Positions 1-13,481 of a DNA stretch of 64,000 nucleotides are shown here, one piece after another. Source of the DNA: Eledone cirrhosa (lineage: Eukaryota); assembly GCA_964016885.1 (NCBI GenBank), contig OZ024742.1, positions 209,994,001 to 210,058,000 of the forward strand. The letters run 5' to 3'. The translations under genes and the position numbers were made by a program. The notes under the pieces were generated by a model that made no database searches, was not told the origin of the DNA, and saw nothing but the letters and a program-made list of their open reading frames with translations. How positions within the stretch are numbered: position 1 is the stretch's first letter; every line of letters begins with the position of its first letter.

Positions 1-66
1 CACGCACACACACATACACACACACACACACACATATACGCACACAGACACATACACACACATATA

Positions 67-936
67 CAGGGTGCGGACGATATCTGTTCGCAAGATTCCT
101 GCCTAGAAAAAAAAAGTAGTTTTATTTTTTAAGATTTATTTATCAAACTTGGGTCAGTTTGTTTTCATGACATGTTTTTTCGATCTCACTCAATAAACCC
201 GCCATTGGCTTTCATGACGGCCTCAAGGCGGCCTCGGAACCGGCTACACGACTTCGTCACTGTCCCCTGACTTAGGCCCCTAAAGGCACTTGTGATCCTC
301 TTTCATATTGCAGTAAGATCTGTTGGTGTCTCGTTCCACTGCGCCCCACACAAAGAAGTTGAGGGGGTTGCAGTCAGGCGAGCTGGGAGGCCAGATGTCA
401 GGTGAAGTGTGGTCGACGAAGTTCTCTGACTGCCAGGCTTGGGTCTTTCGGCTGGTATGGCATGGCGCTGAGTCTTGCTGCCACACGTACGGCCTACCTG
501 CAGCTACCTGGTCGATCCAGGGCTTTACTACCTCGCTTAGAACTCGGATGTAGCCATCGGTGTTCAGCTTGAGGCCCTCAGGGAAGAAGTGAGGTGGCAT
601 AACGTCACCTTGACTGCTGACGACACCTAAGACCAATGTTGTCGCTGGAAACTTTGTCTGCATGACTCTGGGCACGTCTTTGGATGAGACAGCGAGCCAC
701 CTGTTGTTCTGGGAGTTGATCTTCTGGTCTTATTTGTCCTCCCGGCGCGGATTCCAAGAAGAACTCTGTGTCTCTTCCACAAATTTGGAGGTTCAAAATT
801 ATTCATAATCAATTATTCTGAAAATAAATAATGGAAATATAGTCACTCTTTCTATGAAGACAAGAGTGACAACGGAAGTAAAAAAAATTTGCATAAAATT
901 AGCAGTTGAAAATTGCGAACATATATCGTCCGCACC

Positions 937-939
<3 letters not shown>
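67..939 (-). mobile_element. Tc1/mariner DNA transposon (DD37D/maT-like), internally deleted
   Basis: 27-bp TIRs CAGGGTGCGGACGATATCTGTTCGCAA (67-93) and TTGCGAACATATATCGTCCGCACCCTG (913-939), one mismatch, TA on both sides; encloses a transposase fragment. Confidence 0.93.
280..675 (-). pseudogene. DD37D transposase catalytic-domain fragment
   Basis: WQQDSAPCH...WPPSSPDCNPLNFFVWG; 37 residues between the second D and the third catalytic position, which is N here; N-terminal region largely missing. Confidence 0.9.
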
Positions 940-981
<42 letters not shown>

Positions 982-1264
982 CCAAAAATGGTCGACAAAA
1001 CACGCACACACGAGCTTTTCTTCTGAAATATGTTTTCCATATTTTCCTCCTCTTCATACTCTCGTCTATCTATTTCTTCTTTTATATCTCGTTCTATCTT
1101 CTGATGAAAGAATAGCATCTGAAACGCTAGCATTCGTCTACTATATCAAGTATTAAACTAGTATATATCTTCATTCTACTGTATCGTTCTCCTGTGATTT
1201 TTTTTCTTTTTCTCTCTCCCACTCACTTATTCTCTTTCACTCTTACCATCTATCTCCTTTCTCC

Positions 1265-1304
<40 letters not shown>

Positions 1305-1769
1305 CTCTCTCTGTTCCCTTACCACTTCCACCTCCCCCTCCTACTTCCGTTTTCCTTCGTCTCTCCCTCTTTGCGCCTGTTCTTGCTATGACAGACATTT
1401 TTCTCTTCGCTCTCCCTCACGCTGTTAATACGGATTCAAGACTTACGTTCGGTCTCCTTTTTAACTTCTCCCTCTCTCCGTCTGGTTACTGAAACTTACA
1501 CGTACTACTGTTTCGTGTTTCCCCCTCTCTATCTGTATGTTTTTCTTTCGTTTATTTTCTTTTTCTGTTGTTCTCTTCGCTATCGTCTCTGTTTTTTTGT
1601 TTGTTTTTTTTCTTCTTCCCTGATAACTGTCCCTCTTACTGTGGTGAGATGTACTCTCTTTAATGCGTCGAAACATCAACAACTCACAACAAAAAGCCGA
1701 AGAGCGGGAATTGTCCTTATGTTTGTGTTTCTCTTATGTTTTCTAAATAATATTTATTGGTAACCACAC

Positions 1770-1840
<71 letters not shown>

Positions 1841-1959
1841 CTTTGATAACCTTGAAAGGAATTGGCCCAGGCCATATCTAACTTAATAGCACTACCTGGC
1901 GAAGTCTTTCAAATCAGGATTTGGATACCATGGCCCACTCAAGTAGTGAGTTATTATTT

Positions 1960-2208
1960 ACCGGTGTAGGAGGTTTATCCGGAGTTTCTTTGAGGAATAT
2001 TTACCCCATAGTTGGAGTGGATAGCTGTTGACTCTGAGGAGTTCATCCACCCTTTTAACAGCTCTTGTATTTTGTGCTCCTGCGGTACCGCTTTTCCTCG
2101 TCACCAGACCAGGGTCTGGTAGAAAAGCCGGTTTGGTCACCCATCACTCGAACATGAAGCAGGTTGTGCTGAGTTACATGGTACCGGTAGTAGGCAGAAG
2201 CCTGAACT
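1960..2208 (-). mobile_element. Repeat homologous to 59035-59300; probable RTE-type retrotransposon 5' region
   Basis: Minus strand TACCGGTACCATGTAACTCAGCACAACCTGCTTCATGTTCGAGTGATGGGTGACCAAACCGGCT aligns to 59056-59118; family assignment is from recall of RTE 5'UTR-like motifs. Confidence 0.45.
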
Positions 2209-2213
2209 GTCCA

Positions 2214-2258
<45 letters not shown>

Positions 2259-2282
2259 TATATGTGTGTTTGTGTGTGTGTG

Positions 2283-2555
2283 GAGACACGTGGCTACTGG
2301 TAAGGAGGTTGGACTTACGATCATGATGTCATGGGTTCGATTCCCCGACTGCGTGTTGTACTCTTGAGCGAAACACTTCATTTCACGTTGCTCCAGTATA
2401 CTCAGCTGAAAATGAGTACCAACATTAGCTGGGGGGTTAACCCTACGATGGACTGGCGTCCTGTCCGGTATGGAGTCTTGTACTCTCAGTCGCATCACGC
2501 CATGAAACCAGGATAAGCACCGGCCAAATGAAACTTCTGGTTTAAGACAGACTTT
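2283..2555 (+). mobile_element. tRNA-derived SINE with conserved central domain (second SINE family)
   Basis: A-box-like TGGCTACTGG, B-box GGTTCGATTCC, then CTTGAGCGAAACACTT core and CCCTACGATGGACTGGCGTCCTGTCC; related copies near 46935-47205, 53604-53760, 63272-63530. Confidence 0.75.
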
Positions 2556-2883
2556 ATATATATATATATATATATTTATATACTAGGTGACCCGTCCGGC
2601 TGGTGGCCGGCTAGGTATACCGGGATTTTATCTTTTCAGGAACCCCCCCCCCCCCTACACTCTAGTGCAAAGATACCGCACGCCCTCTCAAGTCAGCCAG
2701 GGGGGAGGGTAGCGTGCTCTGATGTTGGGTTTGAATAGTTTTTAGGATTCCTCAGTTCAGCAGCCAGTACGTTAAAGAAAATTGATAGTTACAACAATAA
2801 AGGCTGAACAGAGAACACATTTTTTAACAAACAATAATTTGTACAACCATAATGGAAATTCCAAGTAACAGAAAATATTTAAA

Positions 2884-3478
2884 TTACATTGTTAGAGCCT
2901 CGGAGTATACAATATTTTTTGTTCGGCCCTACGGAGCAAAGATGAAGAGATTGTTTGGCAAGCTCACCCTAGAGCATCCTACATACAATTGACCATGGGA
3001 GAATCACTGATCTCGTAGCTCGTCTTGCGGAGAAGCTCTGTAGACGTTGACCTCTGGACACTCCTGCCAGGAGCAGGTAAGCTGTAGTGACTTAGAGGCC
3101 TACCACCAATCTCCAGGACACTGTTTTCAAGACAAACGAGCGCCTCATTGAAAACGACATCCTATGTTACATTCGGGTTGTGTCTGCGTGTGCAGTGGAG
3201 GATGTCCTCAGCTAGACTTTCATGGTGGTTGTTCCACATTGCGAGAGGGTCGACGAGATCGCAGTTGTGCAGCATAATAGCAAACGTTTTCGCAGCTAAG
3301 AAGGGACTTTAGCAGTTGCTACTTCTTGCAGGGTGAGGTGCCAATGCTGTCATCGTGTAACATACCACATATCTGGCAAGACAAACGGTAAGTGGAACAT
3401 TGATGGCCATTTATGGTTCTCAGATCTTGGAAAGACTGTAATCCTCTAACCTCGAACAGTAACAATGACGATAAGCCG
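2884..3478 (-). pseudogene. Helitron RepHel (Pif1-like helicase) remnants
   Basis: Manual translation gives C-terminal FSHGQLYVGCSRV...RTKNIVYSEAL and upstream VRGLQSFQDLRTING..STY and WNNHHESLAEDIL, with stops and frameshifts. Confidence 0.85.
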
Positions 3479-3565
3479 TCTGTGCTTTCGTTAAATAAAT
3501 AGGTTTTTGTTTTTGTGTATGCAAAAATATCTGTACACGAATATATATATTAAAATAACAGATTA

Positions 3566-3618
3566 AAGTTTAAGCAAAGAATCGCTGCTTTCACCCTTAA
3601 CGGGATCTTCTGAAACTT
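3566..3618 (-). ncRNA. Type I hammerhead-like motif with U4A core
   Basis: AAGUUU-CAGAAGA-uCCC(guuaa)GGGu-GAAAGCA..UGCU-U|AAACUU; 6-bp stem I, 4-bp stem III; second copy at 7250-7300. Confidence 0.65.
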
Positions 3619-3950
3619 AAAAAATCAGTCTGTGAACGCAGAAGTAAATATTTTGAAAAACGTTATCTAATGCAGACAGCCAGACATACAGACTAAGAAA
3701 AAGAGGGGAATGTTGTGCGACGTCATAAGAAAAAGTGAGGAATGACGTATAACCGGAAGTGTTGACATTTGAAATTTTAAAGAAGTGAATATTTAAATTA
3801 TGTCTTTAATCTTTTAACAAAATTCAGTAGACAAAAATACCCTCACTTTTTTACTTGGAAAAAGTTACATCTATGGTGCAAATTTGGTGCTGTTTGGTCC
3901 AGCCGTTTGGCGGAAAGTTTGTTACCTACATACGGCCGTCAGCTTTATAG

Positions 3951-4007
<57 letters not shown>

Positions 4008-4439
4008 TGAATGAATATTAACCCTTTCATGTCGTTGCGGGTGCTAAATTCATATATTTATACCATATGTGTTTAGCCACTTTCAACCCTATATTGAAGA
4101 GGTTGGGTAATTTTGAAATTCCCTCACTGATGATCAGTTTCAAAATACCTAATTTCCTGATCAGCCAGATTTGCATAATTGCAAATGAATCGAATATTAT
4201 TATTAATATTCGAAAACTCTGTATACATTTATTGTATTTACCCATGTAGAGCGAAAATCCTTTTTTTTTTTATTATATATATATATATATATACTCACAC
4301 ACACGCACCACAAATATGTATATATATGTATAGAAATTTCGTATTTCGAAAGAAATACGATTTTAGTAAACCGTAGCTATGCGAACACCGGGGGGGGGCT
4401 AACGCCCTCTGGTGTTGACCAGCAGAAGCAAGGGGGACA

Positions 4440-4483
4440 ACCGTCTATGCATTTCAGGCTTGACTGGCCATCGTCAGGACGAT
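4440..4483 (-). ncRNA. Minimal type I hammerhead ribozyme
   Basis: AUCGUC-CUGACGA-uGGC(cagucaa)GCCu-GAAA-UGCA-UA|GACGGU; palindromic stem III AUGCAU; lies between 29-bp inverted repeats 4327-4355 and 4603-4631. Confidence 0.8.
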
Positions 4484-4750
4484 CCCTCCCACTGCTTTGC
4501 GACTGCTGGACTTGAAAACAGTCGAGAATATATAGTTTTCTCGTCTGTGTAAATGAGGGAATTAATCTCATTTGCATATGAAGCTGCATAAGTTGGCTCA
4601 ACTTTCTTTCGAAATACGAAATTTCTATACATGTATAAAGCTATGCTTGAAGCGAAATCCTATTTCTGCTCTACATATATATATGTTCATCCCGGGTTCA
4701 ATCGGGGGTAACCACAGTAAGTAAGGTACTCAATACATAGAAGAGTATAA

Positions 4751-4887
4751 ATATTTAATATAGAAATGGCTTCTACAGTACTAGAACTGTTTCATTCGGA
4801 AGAAAACATCAGGAAAGGATTTTCCTGGTGATTTCCTCCGAATGAAACAGTTCTAGTCCTGTAGAATCCATTTCTATATTAAATATA
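4751..4887. repeat. Fold-back of a PLE pseudo-LTR fragment with two degenerate HHRs
   Basis: Arms about 4751-4816 and 4821-4887; same family as 7440 and 16486; cores mutated to CUGAUGU and CUGGUGA. Confidence 0.75.
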
Positions 4888-7037
4888 AATATATATATAT
4901 ATAGGGTTGTGGGGGTTTTCTTAGCAGTATTCACTTTTTTCGCAAACTAACTTTCTTAATTACTTAAAACCCATATCTATATCATATCTCATCTCGTACA
5001 TCACGTATGAAAGTGTTCGGGAATTCTAAGTAGACGCCTTTCTATCGCTGGTATCAGAAATCTATATGCTTTTGTCATCAGGAGAAATTCTTTTATTTTC
5101 GGTCAATGTATTCTTATGTTTCGGTATGTTTTAAATTGTTTCCAGCTGAGCAGCTGCACAATTTTGTCATACCGTTAATGTTGTGGATTTTGTTGTGATA
5201 AACATTGTTTTATCTTTTGACTTTTACCTGTTCCTGCTATTGCTATTGTTATCGTCGTCATCTTCGTTACCGCTGTTGTTGTTGCTGTTATTATTATTAT
5301 TACTGTTGTTGCTTTTTACTTCACTGATTCATTTGTTTCGTAATTTTTTTGTTTTTTTGTAAGACCTCGAACTGCCAAATTTGGGGGTCTTTTTCGTCTG
5401 ACCATTGGTTTGTCATGTCCCACTCTTCCACTACTTTGACTGACTTTATATCTTCCCCATTTTTTCAGTTGCAAATTGTTTATTTAAAAGAATTGGATAA
5501 AATATGAATGAATAGTTATAACAAAGGAATGGAAAGGGAAGGGCTCCAGTGTCACAGAAGAATGGTGAGATGAAGGGGAGAGTAATGGGCTCTGGGCCTA
5601 GGGCGCGGCGGTATTTAGGCTGCAACCCGCCGACAAGACCGTAAACTAATCTCATATTACTACTGTTGTTGTCATGAAGTGACAGGATTTAATTTCAGAA
5701 TGTAAAGAGCCTGGGACAGACACCGCAAATAATTTTGATTCTGTCAATCGACCGAACTATAATAATTTCTAATTTAGACATACGGTCAGAAATTTGGTGG
5801 GAGGGGAAAGTCCATTAAATCGACCCCAGTATTTGACTGGTATTTTATTTCATCAATCCCTGAATGGTGTAAAGCAAAGTTGTTCTCGGCGAAATTTGAA
5901 CTCAGAACCTAGAAAGTAAATAAATACTTCAAATCATTTTGTCCAACGCTTTAACGATTCTGTCAATCGATTAAACAATAACAAAGCAACCATATTCAGA
6001 ATTAAATCGCTATCTATATTCATAAAACTATTAATCATTTCGCAAGACATAATTGCAAGACATATTACTGTCTTGCAGAAATACATAAATCAGGTTTTAT
6101 AAAGTTTGTTCATTTGACATACATTCCGACAAAATATATTCTGTTCAAAACATATATGTTTGTTTGGTCGCCTTTACATTATTTCAGCTGTTTTTTCTCT
6201 TATTATTTCGGAGTCATTTTAAACATTATTTCGTTTTACAACACTTTTTACTTATTTTACTCGCGTTGTAATAGTAAAGGGAGAGACACATACGAATACA
6301 AACAAAACAACAATTATAAATAAAAGAAAACTATACCGTTCGATTGCTTCGAGATGGAATAAAATTATGGTGACAGCATTGGTTTCAAAATATTCAATCC
6401 TATTATTAATGAGAGGAAAAAATCTCTTCAATTGCTGTCGGTCACGAAATACAATCATTATGGCTTATAGAGTGGTTGAAAAATATCAACCGTAGGAGAT
6501 AAACATATATTTCCATTTGGAAGTCGAAGTTGACTAGGCACGGCATATATAATTAATGGACGGTGGAAAGCTAATTGTATATATATATATGTGTGTGTGT
6601 GTCTGCAAGTATGTATACATATATATGCATATATATATATATATATATATATATGTACGTTCTTGTCACAGAAACTTACACAAACATATAATTGTACACA
6701 GTTGATTATATATAAATGGCCTTTATATGAATACCTATATGTTCTTTGGAACATTAGACTATTTGTATATTTTTATATATTCCAAGCATAATATATATTA
6801 TTCTTCCTAATATGTACATATGTTTGTTTTCTATGTATATATATATTATGTGTGTGTGTGTATTTATATACATATATATGCATATATTTACAGGTACAGG
6901 TACATGTATATATATATAGAGAGAGAGAGAGAAAGAAAGAGAGAGAGGGTGAGACAGACAGAGGTGGAGAGGTGAGATTAGAGTTGTGGTGCAAATCATG
7001 GGAGTACTCAATGCATGGGGAGATGTAGGGAGGGTAT

Positions 7038-7146
7038 AGAGAATGTAAAATCCGGAACGCGGCGCCAAGCGGTTTCGGCTTGTGAGTAGGACTTGCTAAA
7101 CACACAAGCCGAAATCGTATGGTGCTGCGGTCGGTATTTTACATAT
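7038..7146. repeat. Imperfect GC-rich hairpin
   Basis: ATGTAAAAT..GCGGCGCCAAGCGGTTTCGGCTTGTG pairs with CACAAGCCGAAATCGTATGGTGCTGCG..ATTTTACAT. Confidence 0.7.
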
Positions 7147-7153
7147 CTCTCCC

Positions 7154-7238
<85 letters not shown>

Positions 7239-7249
7239 TAACAGATTAA

Positions 7250-7300
7250 AGTTTAAGCAAAGAATCGCTGCTTTCACCCTTAACGGGATCTTCTGAAACT
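7250..7300 (-). ncRNA. Hammerhead-like motif with U4A core (copy of 3566-3618)
   Basis: Segment 7232-7348 is a near-identical copy of 3549-3665. Confidence 0.6.
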
Positions 7301-7359
7301 AAAAAAATCAATCTGTGAACGCAGAAGTAAATATTTCGAAACACGTTACATATATAAGT

Positions 7360-7730
7360 TTATCCCGATTTCAATCGGGGGTAACTACAGTAAGTAAGGT
7401 ACTCAATACAAAGCAGAGTATAAATATTTAATATAGAAAAGCTTCTACAGAACTAGAACTGTTTCATTCGTAAGAAATCATCAGGAAGCTGACTGTCCAA
7501 GTAATATGATGGTATTTATATCTTTTCTGGTGGTAGGAGATGCTGATGGTTGGGATGGGTGGAGGTAATTGGTTGATGGGTTTAAAGAAAAGGGAATCCT
7601 TTAAAAGCTATATTTAGAGTAACAAAGACGGAAAGAATTTTATAAACAAGTTCAAGTTGGGGTGCCACTCCTTATTTTTAAGGTTCTCTTAAGCTAACAA
7701 TGCCTATAATTCAGGTGTCTACAAGCACAT
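7360..7730 (-). mobile_element. Penelope-like element 3' end / pseudo-LTR
   Basis: Minus strand ...ENLKNKEWHPNLN resembles a GIY-YIG C-terminus and is followed by an HHR; inverted homolog at 16294-16540. Confidence 0.7.
7440..7490 (-). ncRNA. Type I hammerhead ribozyme
   Basis: AGCUUC-CUGAUGA-uUUC(uuac)GAAu-GAAACAG(uucuaguu)CUGUA|GAAGCU; all three stems and core intact. Confidence 0.88.
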
Positions 7731-7920
7731 TCACACACACACACACACATATATATATATAAAGCCCTTACTCCCACGCACTCGCAAAAATACACACTCT
7801 TATACCCATATATGTATATATATATATACATATATATATATACACACATATATATATATATACACACACACATACACATACATACACCCAAATTATATAC
7901 ATACATATATATATATACAT

Positions 7921-7979
<59 letters not shown>

Positions 7980-8130
7980 GTTAGAAACTCAGAGTAGTCT
8001 CTTACAGTTAAATAGCTCTAAGAAAAAACCTTTTTCCACTCTAGCAAACCTAGTCCTTACGATTCGAACACATGTTTACATTAGTGTTCATCTCTCTTGT
8101 TTATTCAATTGTATATATATATCATTGTAA

Positions 8131-8175
<45 letters not shown>

Positions 8176-8662
8176 TAAACGGAATAGAAAATGCTGACAA
8201 ATTGTTCACAGTTGAAAAATGGTTTAATTAGGAATAAAAGAGTATTAGTGATTGTATGGGTTAGTATTCAGTTGTGGTTTTAAGTTTTTAAGTTTTTACC
8301 GGTTGCGCATTTCTAAATGCTTTTCAAAAATAATTTTGAGATAGAGTGTCCGTGCTGTTTGCTCTGCTCTGATTAGTTTTGGGAATTCTACCTGTTTTTA
8401 TGTTAAAAAAGTGGCTCCAGCGTTACTTTGGTGTTGCAAAAATTCTTGTGGTCAAAACAATTTTGATTGGTCGGTAGAGGTCATGTGAATGTAAAATATT
8501 GATTTTGCGCCAAGACTGTTTTTATGTTAAAAAAGTGGCTCCGGCGCTACTTGGTGTTTGCAAAAATTCTTGTTGTCAAAACAATTTTGATTGGTCGGTA
8601 GAGGTCATGTGAATAAAAAATTGGTTTTGCGCCAAGATTGAGAAATGACTCTTTCACAACAA

Positions 8663-8720
<58 letters not shown>

Positions 8721-8786
8721 TAGTAGTAAGGTGTTCGATATTGTGATAATGGTTAGCAGGGATGTGTGTCAAATGGCTATTAAGAT

Positions 8787-8909
<123 letters not shown>

Positions 8910-9112
8910 TGTGTGTGTGTATAGCAGAGTAATTCGTGGTAGCAGGGATGGTCAGTAAGAATGTGTCTGAAAGCAATGGGGGGTATTTTAGCATGTCAGC
9001 TTTTGTCTTATACGGAGAAGTGTGTGTGTATAAGTCTCTTTGTATGTTAATGTACGCGTGTGTATGTGTGTGTGTATATATGTGTGTGTGTATATATGTG
9101 TGTGTGGGTGGA

Positions 9113-9814
9113 TCACTAATTGACAATGGAATCCAACGTGCCCTAAAACTCAGTACCCAGGACCTTAGACACCCTAAAGTAAATCAACCGAAACTAAAAG
9201 CTCTTCCATACATCTCCACACACAACCCCCTCAACAATGAGGCCTTTGACACCATCCTCCAGAACATCCCTGTGTTGAAAAAGGACCATAGAATGAACCA
9301 AATTCTACGAACACACGATATCATAAAGAGCAAAAGACAATCCAAGTCAATGAAAAACATCCTAACACATGCCAAAGTACTGCCAACCACAGCAACGAAA
9401 CCCACAGTAAAAAAATGCGATAGACCCAACTGTGGCATTTGCATCAACCTAATAGAGGGTTCGGAATTCTATTTCAAAGATGGACAACGTTTTATAGTAA
9501 AACACAATTTCACATGTGCATCGGAAAATCTAATATATATATTAACTTGCTCAGGTTGTCGAGAACAATACATAGGCCAGACCAAAAACAGCCTCCGCCA
9601 ACGCATAACTGTCCATAGATCCCAAATTAAAATACGGGAATACAGGAAAATACCACTGAGTGAATACATTGATACCTGTGCCGCCCAAAATCATCCCAAC
9701 ATCAGAATCTTTCCCCTCTACAAATTTAAAGATAATGCCACCCACACCCAGCGCATCAGCAAGGAATCTTACTTCATTAACAAATACGGACCCCGTCTAA
9801 ACACTTCTCCCTAA
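9113..9814 (+). pseudogene. PLE thumb/linker plus GIY-YIG endonuclease fragment (Neptune-like Cys linker)
   Basis: LPYISTHNP..KKCDRPNCGICINL..FTCASENLIYILTCSGCREQYIGQTKNSLRQRITVHR..KESYFINKYGPRLN; the first about 60 aa of the listed 8936 ORF are from the inverted arm. Confidence 0.92.
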
Positions 9815-9932
9815 GACGAACCCACAACATACACACGTCAACATACATACCTACATCAGCACACATCTCTACCCACATATAAACACAATGACATACGTAA
9901 ACATACATGCTCTATGGTGCAACACAAAAAAA

Positions 9933-10004
<72 letters not shown>

Positions 10005-10363
10005 TATAGTGAATATATGTATGTGTATATATATATAGTGAATATCATTTCACACCTTTTATTGTTAAGTTTGTTGATGTTCTATTAAGAGAACCGATTT
10101 TACTGAAAAAATCGAATAATGTACACCATTTTACCAGGAGGAAAAAAATACTGGTCCACCCACACACACACACACACATATATATATACACGCACACATA
10201 CACACGCGTACATTAACATACAAAGAGACTTATACACACACACACACACGCACTTCTCCGTATAAGACAAAAGCTGAAAAATATCTTTTGACATGCTAAA
10301 ATACCCCCCATTGCTTTCAGACACATTCTTACTGACCATCCCTGCTACCACGAATTACTCTGC

Positions 10364-10400
<37 letters not shown>

Positions 10401-10829
10401 ATCTTAATAGCCATTTGACACACATCCCTGCTAACCATTATCACAACATCGAACACCTTACTACTACTACACACACTCTCACACACACACACACATATTT
10501 GTTGTGAAAGAGTCATTTCTCAATCTTGGCGCAAAACCAATTTTTTATTCACATGACCTCTACCGACCAATCAAAATTGTTTTGACCACAAGAATTTTTG
10601 CAAACACCAAGTAGCGCTGGAACCACTTTTTTAACATAAAAACAGTCTTGGCGCAAAATCAATTTTTTACATTCACATGACCTCTACCGACCAATCAAAA
10701 TTGTTTGACCACAAGAATTTTTGCAACACCAAAGTAACGCTGGAGCCACTTTTTTAACATAAAAACAGGTAGAATTCCCAAAACTAATCAGATCAGAGCA
10801 AACAACACGGACACTCTATCTCAAAATTA

Positions 10830-10866
10830 TTTTTGAAAAGCATTTAGAAATGCGCAACTGGTAAAA
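10830..10866 (+). ncRNA. Variant HHR (U3-A8 core, A13C); mirror copy at 8293-8331 on minus
   Basis: UUU-UUGAAAA-GCAU(uuagaa)AUGC-GCAAC-UG-GUA|AAA; homologous position to the intact 41126 motif. Confidence 0.5.
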
Positions 10867-11023
10867 ACTTAAAAACTTAAAACCACAACTGAATACTAAC
10901 CCAAACAATCACTAATACTCTTTTATTCCTAATTAAACCATTTTTCAACTGTGAACAATTTGTCAGCATTTTCTATTCCGTTTACCAATATATAATAACT
11001 TGTGTGTTACACCTCTATTCTTT

Positions 11024-11104
<81 letters not shown>

Positions 11105-11276
11105 ATATTAAATAAATGGAAAATATATATATATACATATATATACACACACACATATTTACATAAATATATATATATATATATACACATATTTACATAC
11201 ATATACGCATACATACATATAAATATACACATATACACACATACATATATATACATAAATACACATACAAACACAT

Positions 11277-11324
<48 letters not shown>

Positions 11325-12006
11325 TCACACGCATATATGTATATATTGCCAGCATAACTCTGATTTTGCGGTTCGTTTCGCTTCTCATTGAATTTATATT
11401 TGTATTAATCTCCCCAGTCTTACAATTAATCTGTTAATAATTCTATTGACAGATTAATTGCATAAGTTTATTTTAAAACCTACCCGGTTGTGTGCTTATT
11501 CGATTTGTGCTACTTATGCAATTTTTTGCATGGTATACACATACTGAATTTGCCAAAATATGGGGTTTTTCCCCTTGTGAGTTACACATGTGCTTTTACA
11601 AAGCTCTATGTCATTCACAAAGTTGGTACAGAGCAAAATACCTGTTGATAACGTGATATTCCTTGTTCGATTATTATACCAAAAGCTTATATTTTTAAGC
11701 AGACAGTATTATTGATTTAGGTGTCATAGAAACCCTGCATTTGGATTTTACCATCAATTCCGATGGGTCCAGATCTGTTTTTATCATTTATTTTGTTTGA
11801 CCTGTTTAGCTTGATTTGTTTTTTGGCTGAGGTGGTTAATGTCTTCTTGACCACTTTTTCAGTTTGTATGGGGTTGTAACACATATGTTTAGCTCTGGTT
11901 TTTTAACTATGGAGCGCTTGCCAGCATAACTCTGATTTTGCAGTTCGTTTCGCTATTTCTACCCGCCGAAATGCGATTCTCGCTGAATTTATATTTATAT
12001 ACACAC

Positions 12007-12165
<159 letters not shown>

Positions 12166-12250
12166 TTAAACAAGGTTCAATGAATAAATCAAATAATGAG
12201 TTTTACAATAGATTGGAAGCACTCAACAATGATGGTTTTCCGGAGTTATT

Positions 12251-12594
12251 AATATTAATTCAAAATATTAACAAAATAGATATTCTTGTGATCAAGTATA
12301 TTTTATTATACATATTTCAGAGCTACTGAGTTAATTTCAACAGTACGTCCTCATCAGATAAAATAAGATGGTGCATGACATACCCTGACATAGTAGATGG
12401 TTAAGATTCAGTCATGGTAGTGAATGTAATGACTCACTACCATGACTCAATCTTAACCATCTACTATGGGTATCTCATGCAACATCTTATTTTATCTGAT
12501 GAGGACATACTGTTGAAGTTAACTCAGTAACTCTGAAATATGTATAATAAAATATACTTAATCACAAGAATATATATTTTGTTAATATTTTGAA

Positions 12595-12600
<6 letters not shown>
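12251..12600. repeat. About 350-bp fold-back containing mirror-image HHRs
   Basis: Arms about 12251-12424 and 12433-12600 with few mismatches; between (TA)n tracts. Confidence 0.9.
12488..12554 (+). ncRNA. Minimal type I hammerhead ribozyme; mirror copy 12299-12365 on minus
   Basis: UAUUUUAU-CUGAUGA-GGA..UACUG..CAGUA..UCU-GAAA-UAUGUA-UA|AUAAAAUA; 8-bp stem I. Confidence 0.75.
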
Positions 12601-12645
<45 letters not shown>

Positions 12646-13045
12646 CAACTAGAAATTGATTAACATATAAATAAACATATGAAACAATCACAGGGGATAA
12701 TTTTTACAAGTGTGCAAGCACACATAGCTAGGTAGGTAACTAAATAAAGTTAACTAGAACCTCAAAAATAGATACCTTATAATATGATTAATCTTCCCTG
12801 TATATATTCCATTAAAAAAATATATTTCACCAATTAATCGAATGGTAAACCACGGAGGCCGATACTTGGATTTTCAACAAGGAAGAAGTCCAGCCATCTG
12901 TGTTTACGCATTAAGTTGTTAAAAATGCTCGGACCTATTCATTAGAATCTTGGAGCTTATTTTACTGGTGATATGGCGCATGCCTTTCTGGCATGACACC
13001 CATAATTTTGATTTAGATTAAATTCACTTTGATTTATCTTAATTT

Positions 13046-13248
<203 letters not shown>

Positions 13249-13434
13249 ACGTACACTCATACACCCATAAATATATATACACATAATTATACATACATAC
13301 ATAAATACACACGTATACATAAATATACTTACACATACATACATATATACACTTACATAGATATACATACATATATACGCACACACACACATACATACAC
13401 ATACATATACACATACATATGCATACATATACAC

Positions 13435-13481
<47 letters not shown>

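Larger units (their letters stand above)
2583..3955 (-). mobile_element. Helitron, internally deleted non-autonomous copy
   Basis: Minus-strand 3' end is a GC hairpin (CCGGC-CACCA-GCCGG) followed by CTAG|T at 2583; 5' end TATACTATAAAG near 3955; contains RepHel remnants. Confidence 0.85.

Noticed and set aside
1096-1145. HHR-like CUGAUGA-aAGA..UCU-GAAACG..CGUC
   Set aside because: Core and stems II/III are plausible but no stem I pairing was found; may be a decayed copy or chance
2283-2350. tRNA gene
   Set aside because: A/B boxes only, no cloverleaf; continues into SINE body
12650-13040. Possible PLE endonuclease 3' remnant on minus (LMNRSE)
   Set aside because: Too degenerate to call by eye
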